From contig JBDRRP010000158.1 of the NCBI GenBank assembly GCA_043825735.1, forward strand, positions 62,001-87,354: a stretch of 25,354 bases of DNA. Reading direction: 5' to 3'. The notes below the pieces were generated by a model. It did no database searches. It saw only the letters and a program-made list of their open reading frames with translations, and was not told the origin of the DNA. The stretch comes from Pseudomonadota bacterium. Lineage in GTDB: Bacteria; Desulfobacterota; Desulfobacteria; Desulfobacterales; JBDRRP01. Below, in pieces: positions 1 through 8,948 of this stretch. The number at the start of each line of letters is the position of its first letter. Position 1 is the first letter of the stretch. Position numbers and translations under genes: made by a program.

Positions 1-1
1 G

Positions 2-538
2 GTGGGGCTGGTCTGGTCGGGCAACCCGGATTTTGTGGACAACGCCCGCCGCGCCTGTCCCCCCGATCTCCTGCGGCCCCTGGTCGATTGCCCCGGTGCC
101 ATCTTTTACGCCCTGCAAAAAGGCGCGGCAGCCGAGTCGGCCGGCAAGGCCGCTTTGGGAGATCGGGTGCACGATCTGGCACCCGGGCTCAACGATTTCG
201 CCGATACCGCCGGCGCCATCGCGCGTCTTGAGATGATTGTTACGGTGGATACGGCCGTGGCGCACCTGGCCGGCGCCATGGGAAAACCGGTCTGGGTGAT
301 GCTTCACCATGCGCCGGACTGGCGGTGGCTCGGCACCGGCGAGACCACGGCCTGGTATCCCACCATGCGGCTGTTTCGCCAGAAAACCCCTGGGGACTGG
401 CAGCCCGTGATCAGGGAGATCCGGCGGGCGCTGGCGCTGAAGGCCGGACCCGGGATGGCGCGCTGCGGTGTGATTCATGATCGCGTATCGACGCCCGCCG
501 CCCCGGTGCCACAAACCCAAGGACGCGGCCATGAATAA
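2..538 (+). CDS. Partial (5'-truncated) GT9-like GT-B glycosyltransferase C-terminal domain, probably of a TPR-containing protein
   Basis: The open frame runs from the window edge to TAA 536-538. Motifs GLVWSGNP, LQKG, DFADTAG, VTVDTAVAHLAGAMGKPVWVML, DWRW, WYPTMRLFRQ are the same module that occurs twice in 8949..12515. Confidence 0.85.
   Translation: MGLVWSGNPDFVDNARRACPPDLLRPLVDCPGAIFYALQKGAAAESAGKAALGDRVHDLAPGLNDFADTAGAIARLEMIVTVDTAVAHLAGAMGKPVWVMLHHAPDWRWLGTGETTAWYPTMRLFRQKTPGDWQPVIREIRRALALKAGPGMARCGVIHDRVSTPAAPVPQTQGRGHE
245..297 (+). repeat. Direct repeat copy 1 (GT9-like coding segment; copy 2 at 12300-12352)
   Basis: 53 bp with 3 synonymous mismatches. The core ACGGCCGTGGCGCACCTGGCCGGCGCCATGGG (251-282) is identical to 12306-12337. 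Confidence 0.8.
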
Positions 539-2957
539 AAGACCAACACCGATAACGAGGGAAAGCACGCGCGCGTGCGACGCCCTGCTGGCCCGGGCTT
601 TGGAAGCCCACCGGCAAGGGCGGGCGGCGGCGGCCCGCGAGGGCTACCGGCAGGTGCTCTCGCACCATCCCGACCATGTGGACGCGCTCAATTTTCTGGG
701 CGTGCTCGAACAGGAGACCGGTGACATCACGGCGGCTCTGGTTCATCTGGAACGGGCGGCCTGCTGTGATCCGGGCAACGAGATTGTACTCAACAACCTG
801 GGCAACGTTTTGAAAGCGGACGGGCAGGCGGCGCGTGCCGAAGACTGTTACCGGCGTGCCGTCGCGCTCGACCCGAGCGACCCGGATCCTCACTACAATC
901 TGGCCGTGCTGCTTCAGTCCCAGGGACGACTTGACGAGGCCATGGCCGGGTATGAACGTACCCTTGGCCTGAACCCCGACGATGCCGGGGCCCTCAACAA
1001 CATGGCCGGCATTCTCAACGACCGCGGGGACGCGGCGGCGGCCGAGGCCGCTTACCGGCGCGTTTTGGCAAGCCGGCCGGACCACCCCCGGGCGCTGGTG
1101 AATCTGGCCGGTCTGCTGCTGGCACAGGGGCGACACGATGCGGCCGTCGAATGCTGCCGGCGGGCCCTGGCGGGTGCGCCCGACTACCTGGAGGCCCTTC
1201 TTTGTCTGGGCCGCGCCAGCCGCGAGGCCGGCCGTCTCGAGGACGCCCATGGCGCCTTGCAGCAGGCCGCCAAGCGGCATCCTGACTCAGTGGAGGCCCA
1301 GTTCAACCTGGGCAATGTCCTCAAGGACCTGGGAAGCTTTCCGGCGGCGGCGGCGTGCTACCGACGGGCCATCGACATCGCGCCGGACTATGCCAAGGCC
1401 TGGTGCAATCTCGGATCGATCCACCGGGAAGAGGGGAGAAACGCCGAGGCCATGACCTGCTACCAGCAGGCCGTCGCCCTGGACCCGGAATTCGCCGCCG
1501 TCTACAACAACATGAGCATCCTGCTGGCCGAAACCGGCCGCATCGGCGAGGCGCTGGCGTGCTGCCGCAAGGCCCAGCAGCTCCAGAAAGACTTCGCCGA
1601 GTCCTTCAACAACACGGCCCGGTGCCTCAAGTACAGCGGCCGGGCAGAGGAGAGCCTCGACTGGTATCGCAGATCGTTGGCCCAGTCGCCGCAGACCGCT
1701 TTCGTGCATTCCAACCTGCTCTACTGCCTGGCCTATCTGCCCCCCCGGTTGGCGCCGCCCGAGGCGGTAAGCCGCGAGCATCGCCAATGGGCGGCGATTC
1801 ACGGCGCACCGGCCCACCGGGTGATAGACAGCCACCCCAACACCCCGGACCCGGACCGGCCACTGCGGGTGGGCTACCTGTCGCCGGATTTTAGGCGGCA
1901 CCCGGTGGCCACCTTCATCACACCGGTACTGGCCGGACATGACCCTGCGCGGGTTCAGAGCGTCTGTTTTTCCGATGTGCGCAAGGCAGATGCGGTCACT
2001 GCCTCCCTGCGCGGGCTCGCCGGCGACTGGGTCGATACGGCGGGCCTGTCCGACGATCGCGTCGCCGAGACGATCGGCCGCCACCACATCGACATTCTGG
2101 TGGACCTGGCCGGGCACACGGCGGGCAACCGCATGCCGCTATTCACCCGGCGGCCGGCGCCGGTCCAGGTCACCTATCTGGGCTACCCCAACACCACCGG
2201 ACTGCCGCAGATGGACTACCGCATCACCGACGCCTGGGCGGATCCGCCCGGCGACACCGAGGCCCTCCACAGCGAAACGCTGATCCGGCTGCCTGAAGGG
2301 TTTCTCTGCTACGCGCCGCCGGTGTCAGCACCACCGGTGAGTGCACCCTTTCACACGGCCTCCGGAGGTGTCACCTTCGGTTCTTTCAACAACCTGGCCA
2401 AGTTAAATGCCGATGTTGCTGAGCTCTGGTCGCGGATTCTCGCCGCAGTACCCGGTTCTCGACTGCTTCTGAAGTTCAAAACCTTGTCCGATTCCTCTGT
2501 GCAGCGACACGTGGAGAGACTTTTCGCCGCCTGCGGCACCGGTCGGGACCGGCTGGTCTTTCACGGCTTTCTCCCCTCGGCAGGAGATCACTTCTCCCTG
2601 TATCATCAGGTGGATATCGCCCTGGACACCTTTCCCTACAACGGCACCACCACCACCTGTGAAGCGCTGTGGATGGGGGTTCCGGTGGTCGCCCTTGAAG
2701 GAAAGACCCATGCCGCAAGGGTCGGTGTCAGCATATTGACGGGGCTGGGGCTGTCCGATTTGGTCGCCCGGAGCCGGGAGGACTATATGAAAAAGGCCGC
2801 GGCCCTGGCCGGTGACCCGGCCCGGCGCGCTGCCTTGCGATCCGGCCTGCGCCCGCTCATGGAAAAGTCCCCGCTGACCGACAGTGCCGGCTTTACCAGC
2901 CGCCTCGAAACCGCCTATCGCGACATGTGGCGGCGGTGGTGCCGCAGCCATTCCTAG
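531..2957 (+). CDS. TPR-repeat O-linked glycosyltransferase, GT41 family, SPINDLY-like
   Basis: ATG at 531 has AAGGA about 7 nt upstream and overlaps the previous stop (the ORF track starts at 477). About 10 TPRs (e.g. NNLGNVLK..G....A...YRRA) precede the catalytic motifs GYLSPDFRRHPV, DILVDLAGHT, PAPVQVTYLGYPNTTG, FGSFNNLAKL and DTFPYNGTTTTCEALWMGVPVV. Confidence 0.9.
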   Translation: MNKRPTPITRESTRACDALLARALEAHRQGRAAAAREGYRQVLSHHPDHVDALNFLGVLEQETGDITAALVHLERAACCDPGNEIVLNNLGNVLKADGQAARAEDCYRRAVALDPSDPDPHYNLAVLLQSQGRLDEAMAGYERTLGLNPDDAGALNNMAGILNDRGDAAAAEAAYRRVLASRPDHPRALVNLAGLLLAQGRHDAAVECCRRALAGAPDYLEALLCLGRASREAGRLEDAHGALQQAAKRHPDSVEAQFNLGNVLKDLGSFPAAAACYRRAIDIAPDYAKAWCNLGSIHREEGRNAEAMTCYQQAVALDPEFAAVYNNMSILLAETGRIGEALACCRKAQQLQKDFAESFNNTARCLKYSGRAEESLDWYRRSLAQSPQTAFVHSNLLYCLAYLPPRLAPPEAVSREHRQWAAIHGAPAHRVIDSHPNTPDPDRPLRVGYLSPDFRRHPVATFITPVLAGHDPARVQSVCFSDVRKADAVTASLRGLAGDWVDTAGLSDDRVAETIGRHHIDILVDLAGHTAGNRMPLFTRRPAPVQVTYLGYPNTTGLPQMDYRITDAWADPPGDTEALHSETLIRLPEGFLCYAPPVSAPPVSAPFHTASGGVTFGSFNNLAKLNADVAELWSRILAAVPGSRLLLKFKTLSDSSVQRHVERLFAACGTGRDRLVFHGFLPSAGDHFSLYHQVDIALDTFPYNGTTTTCEALWMGVPVVALEGKTHAARVGVSILTGLGLSDLVARSREDYMKKAAALAGDPARRAALRSGLRPLMEKSPLTDSAGFTSRLETAYRDMWRRWCRSHS

Positions 2958-3055
2958 TGAAAACAAGGAAAAGCGCATCGGAGGGAGGAGATCTCTTTCG
3001 GCAAGAACCCATATGAAAAAATGTTCTTAGGCACCAGTTAAGGAAAGGGCCCATA

Positions 3056-4000
3056 ATGAAGATTTTAGTAACAGGCGGCGCAGGATTTATCGGCAGTTCA
3101 TTGGTAAGGAAACTTTTTGAAATGGGCAATGAAGTATCTGTAATTGATAATTTCCGAAGAGGAAATAAAATTGATCGTGATATTCAGCGAAAAATACAGA
3201 TTCACAATATAGATATTAAAAATAAACTTGCCGTTGAAAATGCATGCTTAAATATTGATATAGTATTTCATCTAGCTGCAGTTTTAGGTGTTGATATCGT
3301 TGCTGACAATCCTGTAGAAACGATGGAAACAGAAGCACTTGGCATGCTTAACATCGCAAATGCCTGCATTGTAAATAGGGTAAGAAAAATTGTTTATGCA
3401 TCGACAAGCGGAGTTTATGGACAATCGGCCATATATGATGCAGTGAAAGAAGAATATGATGTATCCCCAAAATCAAGTTACTCTATAGCAAAGCGATATA
3501 ATGAGATTTATCTCGCATCATTATACGAAGAAAAGAAATTGGAATCCGTTTCTATTAGATACTTTAATGTATATGGGCCGAAACAGGATAATCGCATGGT
3601 TATTCCGAGGTTCTTTCAGCAAGCGATGAATAATAAGCCGATCACCGTGTATGGTAATGGAGATCAGACCAGAGACTTCACTTATATAGATGATGTGGTG
3701 AATGCAACAATTTTACTTGCAAAAAAAAGTAAGGGTAGTCAGATATATAACGTTTCAAGCGAAAAAGAATACAGCATTAATCAAGTTGCTGAAAAAATAG
3801 TTGATGTTTGTGAATCAAAATCAAAAATTACATTTATCAATGCACCTAATAGTCGTTATGATTTTGAGGTGGAAAGAAGATTCGGTTCTTCTGAAAAATT
3901 GTTTGCCACTACCGGTTTTAAACCAATGACAAATTTTGATAATGGCTTAAAAAGTATACATGATTATGTATTGGCAAGCGATCAGCCTATCGAATTTTGA
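3056..4000 (+). CDS. NAD-dependent NDP-sugar epimerase/dehydratase (extended SDR); AT-rich
   Basis: Motifs ILVTGGAGFIG (Rossmann), HLAA, ASTSGVYG, YSIAK (YxxxK), RYFNVYGP and GDQTRDFTYIDD. A purine-rich RBS (AAGGAAAGG) lies upstream. Confidence 0.92.
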   Translation: MKILVTGGAGFIGSSLVRKLFEMGNEVSVIDNFRRGNKIDRDIQRKIQIHNIDIKNKLAVENACLNIDIVFHLAAVLGVDIVADNPVETMETEALGMLNIANACIVNRVRKIVYASTSGVYGQSAIYDAVKEEYDVSPKSSYSIAKRYNEIYLASLYEEKKLESVSIRYFNVYGPKQDNRMVIPRFFQQAMNNKPITVYGNGDQTRDFTYIDDVVNATILLAKKSKGSQIYNVSSEKEYSINQVAEKIVDVCESKSKITFINAPNSRYDFEVERRFGSSEKLFATTGFKPMTNFDNGLKSIHDYVLASDQPIEF

Positions 4001-4155
4001 AAACATTCGTTGGTCGAAAATATCCTGGATCGCGATGCCTATGACCGGGTTCGTCTGAACGCCGGCGGCGAGTCGGTTGTCGTTTTCCGACGCGTCCGCG
4101 TGTAGTGCGTCATCCAAACCAAGATCGGCCGATTTCCGGCTACCGTCGAAGGAAA

Positions 4156-4172
4156 CTGGCCTTGATTTTGCA
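4156..4172 (+). promoter_or_regulatory. Putative sigma54 (RpoN) -24/-12 promoter
   Basis: CTGGCCTTGATTTTGCA has GG at 4158-4159, exactly 10 nt, then GC at 4170-4171 (TGGC-N7-TTGCA). It is intergenic, about 28 nt before the ATG at 4200. Confidence 0.65.
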
Positions 4173-4199
4173 ACGATCGGTTCCGGAAAGGAGCGGTCC

Positions 4200-5834
4200 A
4201 TGCTGCACACCATTTATCGCATTTGCGATCTGCGCGACGGTCTGACCAAGATCGCTCGGATTACCAAGCGACAGTGCTTTGAGAACTTTATTGAGGTCTT
4301 CGGCACCGGCAATCTCACCGTGGTGGCGGACAACTGCCGCCCCGATACGCTGGATTTTCTCAGGGGCCTCGTTGGCGATATCCATGAGACCGCTCTGGGC
4401 AATTCGGCAAGCTTTCTCTATGCTCTGGATCTGGCCCTCAAACGATCCGACACCGACACGGTCTATCTGGTGGAAGACGACTACCTGCACCAGGCCGGGG
4501 CGACCGCCTTTCTTGCCGAAGGGCTGGAAAGGGCCGACTACGTCAGCCTCTACGACCACCCGGACAAGTATTTGGATCCCAGTCCCAACCCGCTGGTGAA
4601 ACAGGGCGGTGAGGCCACCACGGTGCTGCTCACCCGCTCCTCCCACTGGAAGCGCACCAATTCCACCACCATGACATTCGCCGCCCGCATCGGGACGCTG
4701 CGCCGGGACGCCGAGGTCCTGCGCCGGTACTGCCAGGCGCCGGTGCCCGCCGATTTTTACCTCTTCTGCGAACTGATGAAGCGCGGGCGCACCCTGATCA
4801 CCCCCATACCGGGCCGGGCGACCCACTGCGATCATTTTCCCAGCCCCTTTATCTTCGACGCCCCGCTGCCGGGTCTTGAGACCGGTAAGGCGCCCGGAGC
4901 CTGCAGCGCCGCCGTGGGCGTCGACAGGCTGTCAGACACCGCCCCCGGCAACGGGACACCGGGGCGGTTTCAGGCCCCGGTGCCGGTGATCATCCCTTTT
5001 TACAAGCGGCAGGACCAGCTCAACAAATGCCTCGCCGCCCTCAAGGCCCAGAGCTGGCCGGTTGAGATCTTCGTGCGGGACAACACCGACGACAACATCT
5101 ACTTCACCGCTGCGGTCAACGAGGGCCTGGCCCGGTTTTTGGACCGGCCCGTCGACTATCTGATGGTCCTGAACCAGGACATGTACCTGGCCCCGGACGC
5201 TGTCGAACAGATGGTGCGATTCATGGACGCCCATCCGCGCTGCGGCATCGGGGCGCCCCTCCAGCTCGCCGCCGACGATCCGGATGCGGTGATCTGGGCC
5301 GGCGGATTCGAGGCGTTTCCGGCGGGCCGCCATCAGACCGGACGGCTGGCCGAGTTCCGGCAGGACGCATCCATCGGCTGGGCCAACGGGGCCTGCATGA
5401 TGCTGCGAAAGCGCATGGTCCGGGAGATCGGGCTGCTGGACGCCGGTATGGCCTTTATCGGCAGCGACAGCGACTACGCCTTCACCGCCCGCTCCCGCGG
5501 ATGGGAGATCTGGCGGATCGCCGCAGCCAGGGGCGTCCACGCGCACGGTGCCTCGGGACAGATCACCGATCTGGCCATCGAAGCCGTCAAGCTGGACGAT
5601 CTGATGCATTTCGGTCGCAAATGGCTCACCGGCGCGCTTTTCGGGGAAATGGCCCACGAAAAGGACCCCTCGCCGCAGCAGGCCCGCGCGATCCTGGACG
5701 AGGCCCGCCGAACCCGGGCGCTGCTGAATCGCTACCGGGCCGAAGGACGCGCCGCCGGCGAGGTGCTCGACGGCGGCCGCCTGCGCCGGCCCGACGAACT
5801 GGCGCCCGCGGCCGGCGGGGCAGGGCGCCCATGA
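4200..5834 (+). CDS. Two-domain glycosyltransferase: uncharacterised GT-A-like N-terminal domain fused to a GT2 domain
   Basis: ATG at 4200 follows AAGGAG (the ORF track starts at 4077). The N-domain has YLVEDDYLH and YVSLYDHPDKY. After a Pro/Ala linker, the GT2 domain has VIIPFY, FTAAVNEG, LNQD, WANGACMMLR and DSDYAFTA. Confidence 0.8.
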   Translation: MLHTIYRICDLRDGLTKIARITKRQCFENFIEVFGTGNLTVVADNCRPDTLDFLRGLVGDIHETALGNSASFLYALDLALKRSDTDTVYLVEDDYLHQAGATAFLAEGLERADYVSLYDHPDKYLDPSPNPLVKQGGEATTVLLTRSSHWKRTNSTTMTFAARIGTLRRDAEVLRRYCQAPVPADFYLFCELMKRGRTLITPIPGRATHCDHFPSPFIFDAPLPGLETGKAPGACSAAVGVDRLSDTAPGNGTPGRFQAPVPVIIPFYKRQDQLNKCLAALKAQSWPVEIFVRDNTDDNIYFTAAVNEGLARFLDRPVDYLMVLNQDMYLAPDAVEQMVRFMDAHPRCGIGAPLQLAADDPDAVIWAGGFEAFPAGRHQTGRLAEFRQDASIGWANGACMMLRKRMVREIGLLDAGMAFIGSDSDYAFTARSRGWEIWRIAAARGVHAHGASGQITDLAIEAVKLDDLMHFGRKWLTGALFGEMAHEKDPSPQQARAILDEARRTRALLNRYRAEGRAAGEVLDGGRLRRPDELAPAAGGAGRP

Positions 5835-6553
5835 CGCCGGCTTTGGCAACCCCCTTACGAGCGCGCAGCTACTACGCCCAGTCCCGGCTGGAAGTGACCG
5901 CGCTCGTCGACCCGATCGCGGGCCGGTCCTTTCTCGACATCGGCTGCGGTGAAGGCGGTCTCGGGCGGGCCCTCAAAGATGCCGGCAGCGGACCGGTGGT
6001 GGGCATCGAAGTGGACCCCCGGGCGGCCGCGGAGGCGGCCCGGTACTACGACCGGGTCCACACTGCGGATGTGGATTCGATTTCGCCGCCCTTTTGCGCG
6101 GAAACCTTCGACCATCTGGTCTGTGCCGACATTCTGGAGCATCTGAAAGACCCCTGGGGCGTGCTCGCTCGGTTTCGCCCCGTGCTCAAGAAGAACGGGA
6201 CCCTGGTGGCCAGCATACCCAACATCGGCAACGTCCGGACCGTGACGGACCTGCTGCAGGGGCGCTTCGACTACCTGGACTGGGGAATCATGGACCAAAG
6301 CCACCTGCGGTTTTTCACCCGCGGGGGCATCGAGAAAATGCTCGCCGGGGCCGGATACACCATTTGCGACATTCGACCCAAGTGCGATCCGAATGCCGAA
6401 GGGATTATGGATCTGTGGCGGCAGCACGACATGCACCGGCGCCTGCGGGATCTGGTGATCCTCATGGGCGGGGGGCCGTTCTCGCCCACCGACCGGCACC
6501 TCGAGGAGATGCTGGTGATCCAGTACCTCGTCGTGGCCCAGCGGAGCGCGTGA
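5831..6553 (+). CDS. Class I SAM-dependent methyltransferase (probable glycan O-methyltransferase)
   Basis: ATGA overlap with the upstream stop. Motifs LDIGCGEG, GIEVD, FDHLVCADILEHLKDPW, SIPN and GIMDQSHLRFFT. Confidence 0.88.
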   Translation: MTPALATPLRARSYYAQSRLEVTALVDPIAGRSFLDIGCGEGGLGRALKDAGSGPVVGIEVDPRAAAEAARYYDRVHTADVDSISPPFCAETFDHLVCADILEHLKDPWGVLARFRPVLKKNGTLVASIPNIGNVRTVTDLLQGRFDYLDWGIMDQSHLRFFTRGGIEKMLAGAGYTICDIRPKCDPNAEGIMDLWRQHDMHRRLRDLVILMGGGPFSPTDRHLEEMLVIQYLVVAQRSA

Positions 6554-6557
6554 GCTT

Positions 6558-8927
6558 ATGACCACCATCGGCACCATCATCAATTTTTGCTCCCTGGACT
6601 ACCGGTTTATCGGTCCCTGCATCCGGGCCGTGGCCCCGTTTTCAGCCGCGGTGGTGGTCCCCGTCGCCGATCATCTCTTCGACAACACGCCCGAAGACAT
6701 GGATCTCATCGGGCGGGCCGAGAATGAAAACCCCGGTGCCGAATTCACCCGCTTCGATTACCACCACAGCATCACCCAAATGCTCCGGCCCCGGTTCTGG
6801 CACAATTACGCCCGGTGGGTCGGTCTTTCCCGCCTGCCCGAGGGCTGCGACTGGGTCCTATTTCTCGATGCCGACGAGATCGTCGAGACCGACCGGTTCA
6901 CGGCGTTTCTGGCCCGGGCCGATCTGGCCGGCGTCGACCATCTGTACTTTGCCAACTACTGGTACTTCCGCGAGCCGCGGTTCCGTGCCCGGCAGATCGA
7001 AGACAGCCCGGCATTGATCCGCCGGCCGATCATCACGGTGAACCGGATTTTTCACGAACGGGAACGGGCCACGTTCAGAAGTCTTCCAAACGGTCTCCGG
7101 TGTGTTGCCGGCCTGGACGGAAAGCCGATGTTCCACCACTACAGCTGGGTGATGGACAAGGCGCGGATGCTGCAGAAGGTGCGCACCTGGGGACACAGCC
7201 GCGACACGGACCGGGACTGGGAGCGGCTGGTGGAAGCCGAATTCAGCGGGCCGTTTTCCGGAAAGGACTTTGTTCACGGGTACGATTTCGACACGGTGGA
7301 TCCGCTGATAGCATGGGGCGAAGACACCCGCACACAGCCATCGCCGTCGATAGCCGCTGGCCTAACGCAGCAGCGGATCGCCGGTATCGACCTGACGCCG
7401 TTGGCGCGGCATGTGGCATCGACCGGGGACCTGGCTTATTTTCTCGACACCGATTTCAAGGAGCACTACCGGCTGCTGGCCTATCTGGGTACGCTGTATT
7501 CGGGCCAGACCCTGTTCGACATCGGCACCTACCGGGGATACTCCGCTCTGGCGCTGGCCTACCACCACGCCAACCGGGTGGTGTCCTACGATATCGAAGA
7601 CCGCCTCTCGGTCAACGACCGCACGGCACTGGACACCATCGAATTCGTCATCGGGGACGTCCTCGCCGATGACCGCTTGCTGAACGCCTCGTTGATCCTT
7701 CTGGACATCGGCCATGACGGGGCTTCGGAGCGGCAGATCTACGATCACCTGGACCGGCGCGGGTACCGGGGAGTGCTGGCGCTTGACGACATCCATCTCA
7801 ACGCGGCCATGAAAGCCTTCTGGGGGGATATCACGAGGCCCAAGCAGGATTTGACCCGTCTGGGGCACGTCACCGGCACCGGACTGGTCTTCTTCGGCGG
7901 GCGGCCTGCGTGGGCCGAGGGGGGGGCGGCACCACGGCCCGGCAGGGCGCCGGCCGCGATACGCCCGGCAAAGGGGCTTCGCATCGGATTTCACTCCAAT
8001 CAGCTCGGCCTGCGGGGCAGCGACGTGGCCGTGTACGACTACGCATTCTTCAGCCGCAAGCTGCTGGGAGCCGACCCGGTCATCATTGCCGACGGCCGCG
8101 GCGATCTTTCGGGGCTGGAAAAGTTCCGACAGGCGTTTCCGGTAGTGCTTTACCGTGATTTTGGCGAGGTGGCGGACATGGCGGCCGCCCGCGGGCTGGA
8201 TGCGCTCTACTTTCTCAAGGCGGGCGCCGATGACGGCAGGACGGTGCCCGGCGTCAAAAACCTGGTCCACGCCGCCTTCCAGGTCTGCGAGCCTCACGGC
8301 GACGTCTATGCCTACGTTTCCCAGTGGCTGGCCGGCCGGATGGACGGCGGACGGCACCCCTGGGTCCCGCACATGGTCCATCTGCCCGAGACCGACCACC
8401 ACTTCCGGCGCGAGCTCGGCATTCCCGACGCGGCAATGGTCTTTGGCCGTCACGGCGGCCGTGATCAGTTCAATATTCCTTTTGTCCGGGACGTCGTGCA
8501 AAAGGTGGCTGCCGCCGCCCCGGACATCTATTTTCTGTTCATGAACACCGACCGGTTCTGCGCGCCCCGGCCCAACATCATCCACCTCAACCCGACCTGG
8601 GACCCCATGGCCAAGACGGGTTTCATCAACACCTGCGACGCCATGCTCCATGCCCGGATCCAGGGGGAGAGCTTCGGGCTGGCCATCGCCGAATTTCTCC
8701 TGCGGGACAAACCGGTGATCGCCTGCGGCGAGGGCATCGATCAAAACCACCTGGCCATGCTGGGCGAGCGGGGTCTGATCTACCGTGACCCTACCGAGCT
8801 GTTCGACCTGCTCACTGGGTTTGGCCGAAGCGCTCCCCAGGGGTGGTACCGGGAGCGGGTGGCGGACTATACACCGGAAAAGGTGATGGAAACCTTCAAG
8901 TCCGTCTTCCTGGGCGACATCATCTGA
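6558..8927 (+). CDS. Three-domain fusion: GT-A/GT2-like domain + SAM methyltransferase-like domain + GT4-like GT-B domain
   Basis: The N-domain has WVLFLDADE (DxD). The middle domain has DIGTYRGYSA, LLDIGHDG and LDDI. The C-domain has FHSNQLGLRG...YDYA and ESFGLAIAE (ExxxxxxxE). Confidence 0.78.
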   Translation: MTTIGTIINFCSLDYRFIGPCIRAVAPFSAAVVVPVADHLFDNTPEDMDLIGRAENENPGAEFTRFDYHHSITQMLRPRFWHNYARWVGLSRLPEGCDWVLFLDADEIVETDRFTAFLARADLAGVDHLYFANYWYFREPRFRARQIEDSPALIRRPIITVNRIFHERERATFRSLPNGLRCVAGLDGKPMFHHYSWVMDKARMLQKVRTWGHSRDTDRDWERLVEAEFSGPFSGKDFVHGYDFDTVDPLIAWGEDTRTQPSPSIAAGLTQQRIAGIDLTPLARHVASTGDLAYFLDTDFKEHYRLLAYLGTLYSGQTLFDIGTYRGYSALALAYHHANRVVSYDIEDRLSVNDRTALDTIEFVIGDVLADDRLLNASLILLDIGHDGASERQIYDHLDRRGYRGVLALDDIHLNAAMKAFWGDITRPKQDLTRLGHVTGTGLVFFGGRPAWAEGGAAPRPGRAPAAIRPAKGLRIGFHSNQLGLRGSDVAVYDYAFFSRKLLGADPVIIADGRGDLSGLEKFRQAFPVVLYRDFGEVADMAAARGLDALYFLKAGADDGRTVPGVKNLVHAAFQVCEPHGDVYAYVSQWLAGRMDGGRHPWVPHMVHLPETDHHFRRELGIPDAAMVFGRHGGRDQFNIPFVRDVVQKVAAAAPDIYFLFMNTDRFCAPRPNIIHLNPTWDPMAKTGFINTCDAMLHARIQGESFGLAIAEFLLRDKPVIACGEGIDQNHLAMLGERGLIYRDPTELFDLLTGFGRSAPQGWYRERVADYTPEKVMETFKSVFLGDII

Positions 8928-8948
8928 AAGGAGCGGGCACCGATCCAC

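Noticed and set aside
3998..4000. Selenocysteine/readthrough at the epimerase TGA
   Set aside because: The SDR domain is already complete, no SECIS-like hairpin is evident, and Sec would be unexpected at this position.
2958..4200. IS element or integron cassette explaining the AT-rich gene
   Set aside because: No transposase, terminal inverted repeats, target duplication or convincing attC site was seen.
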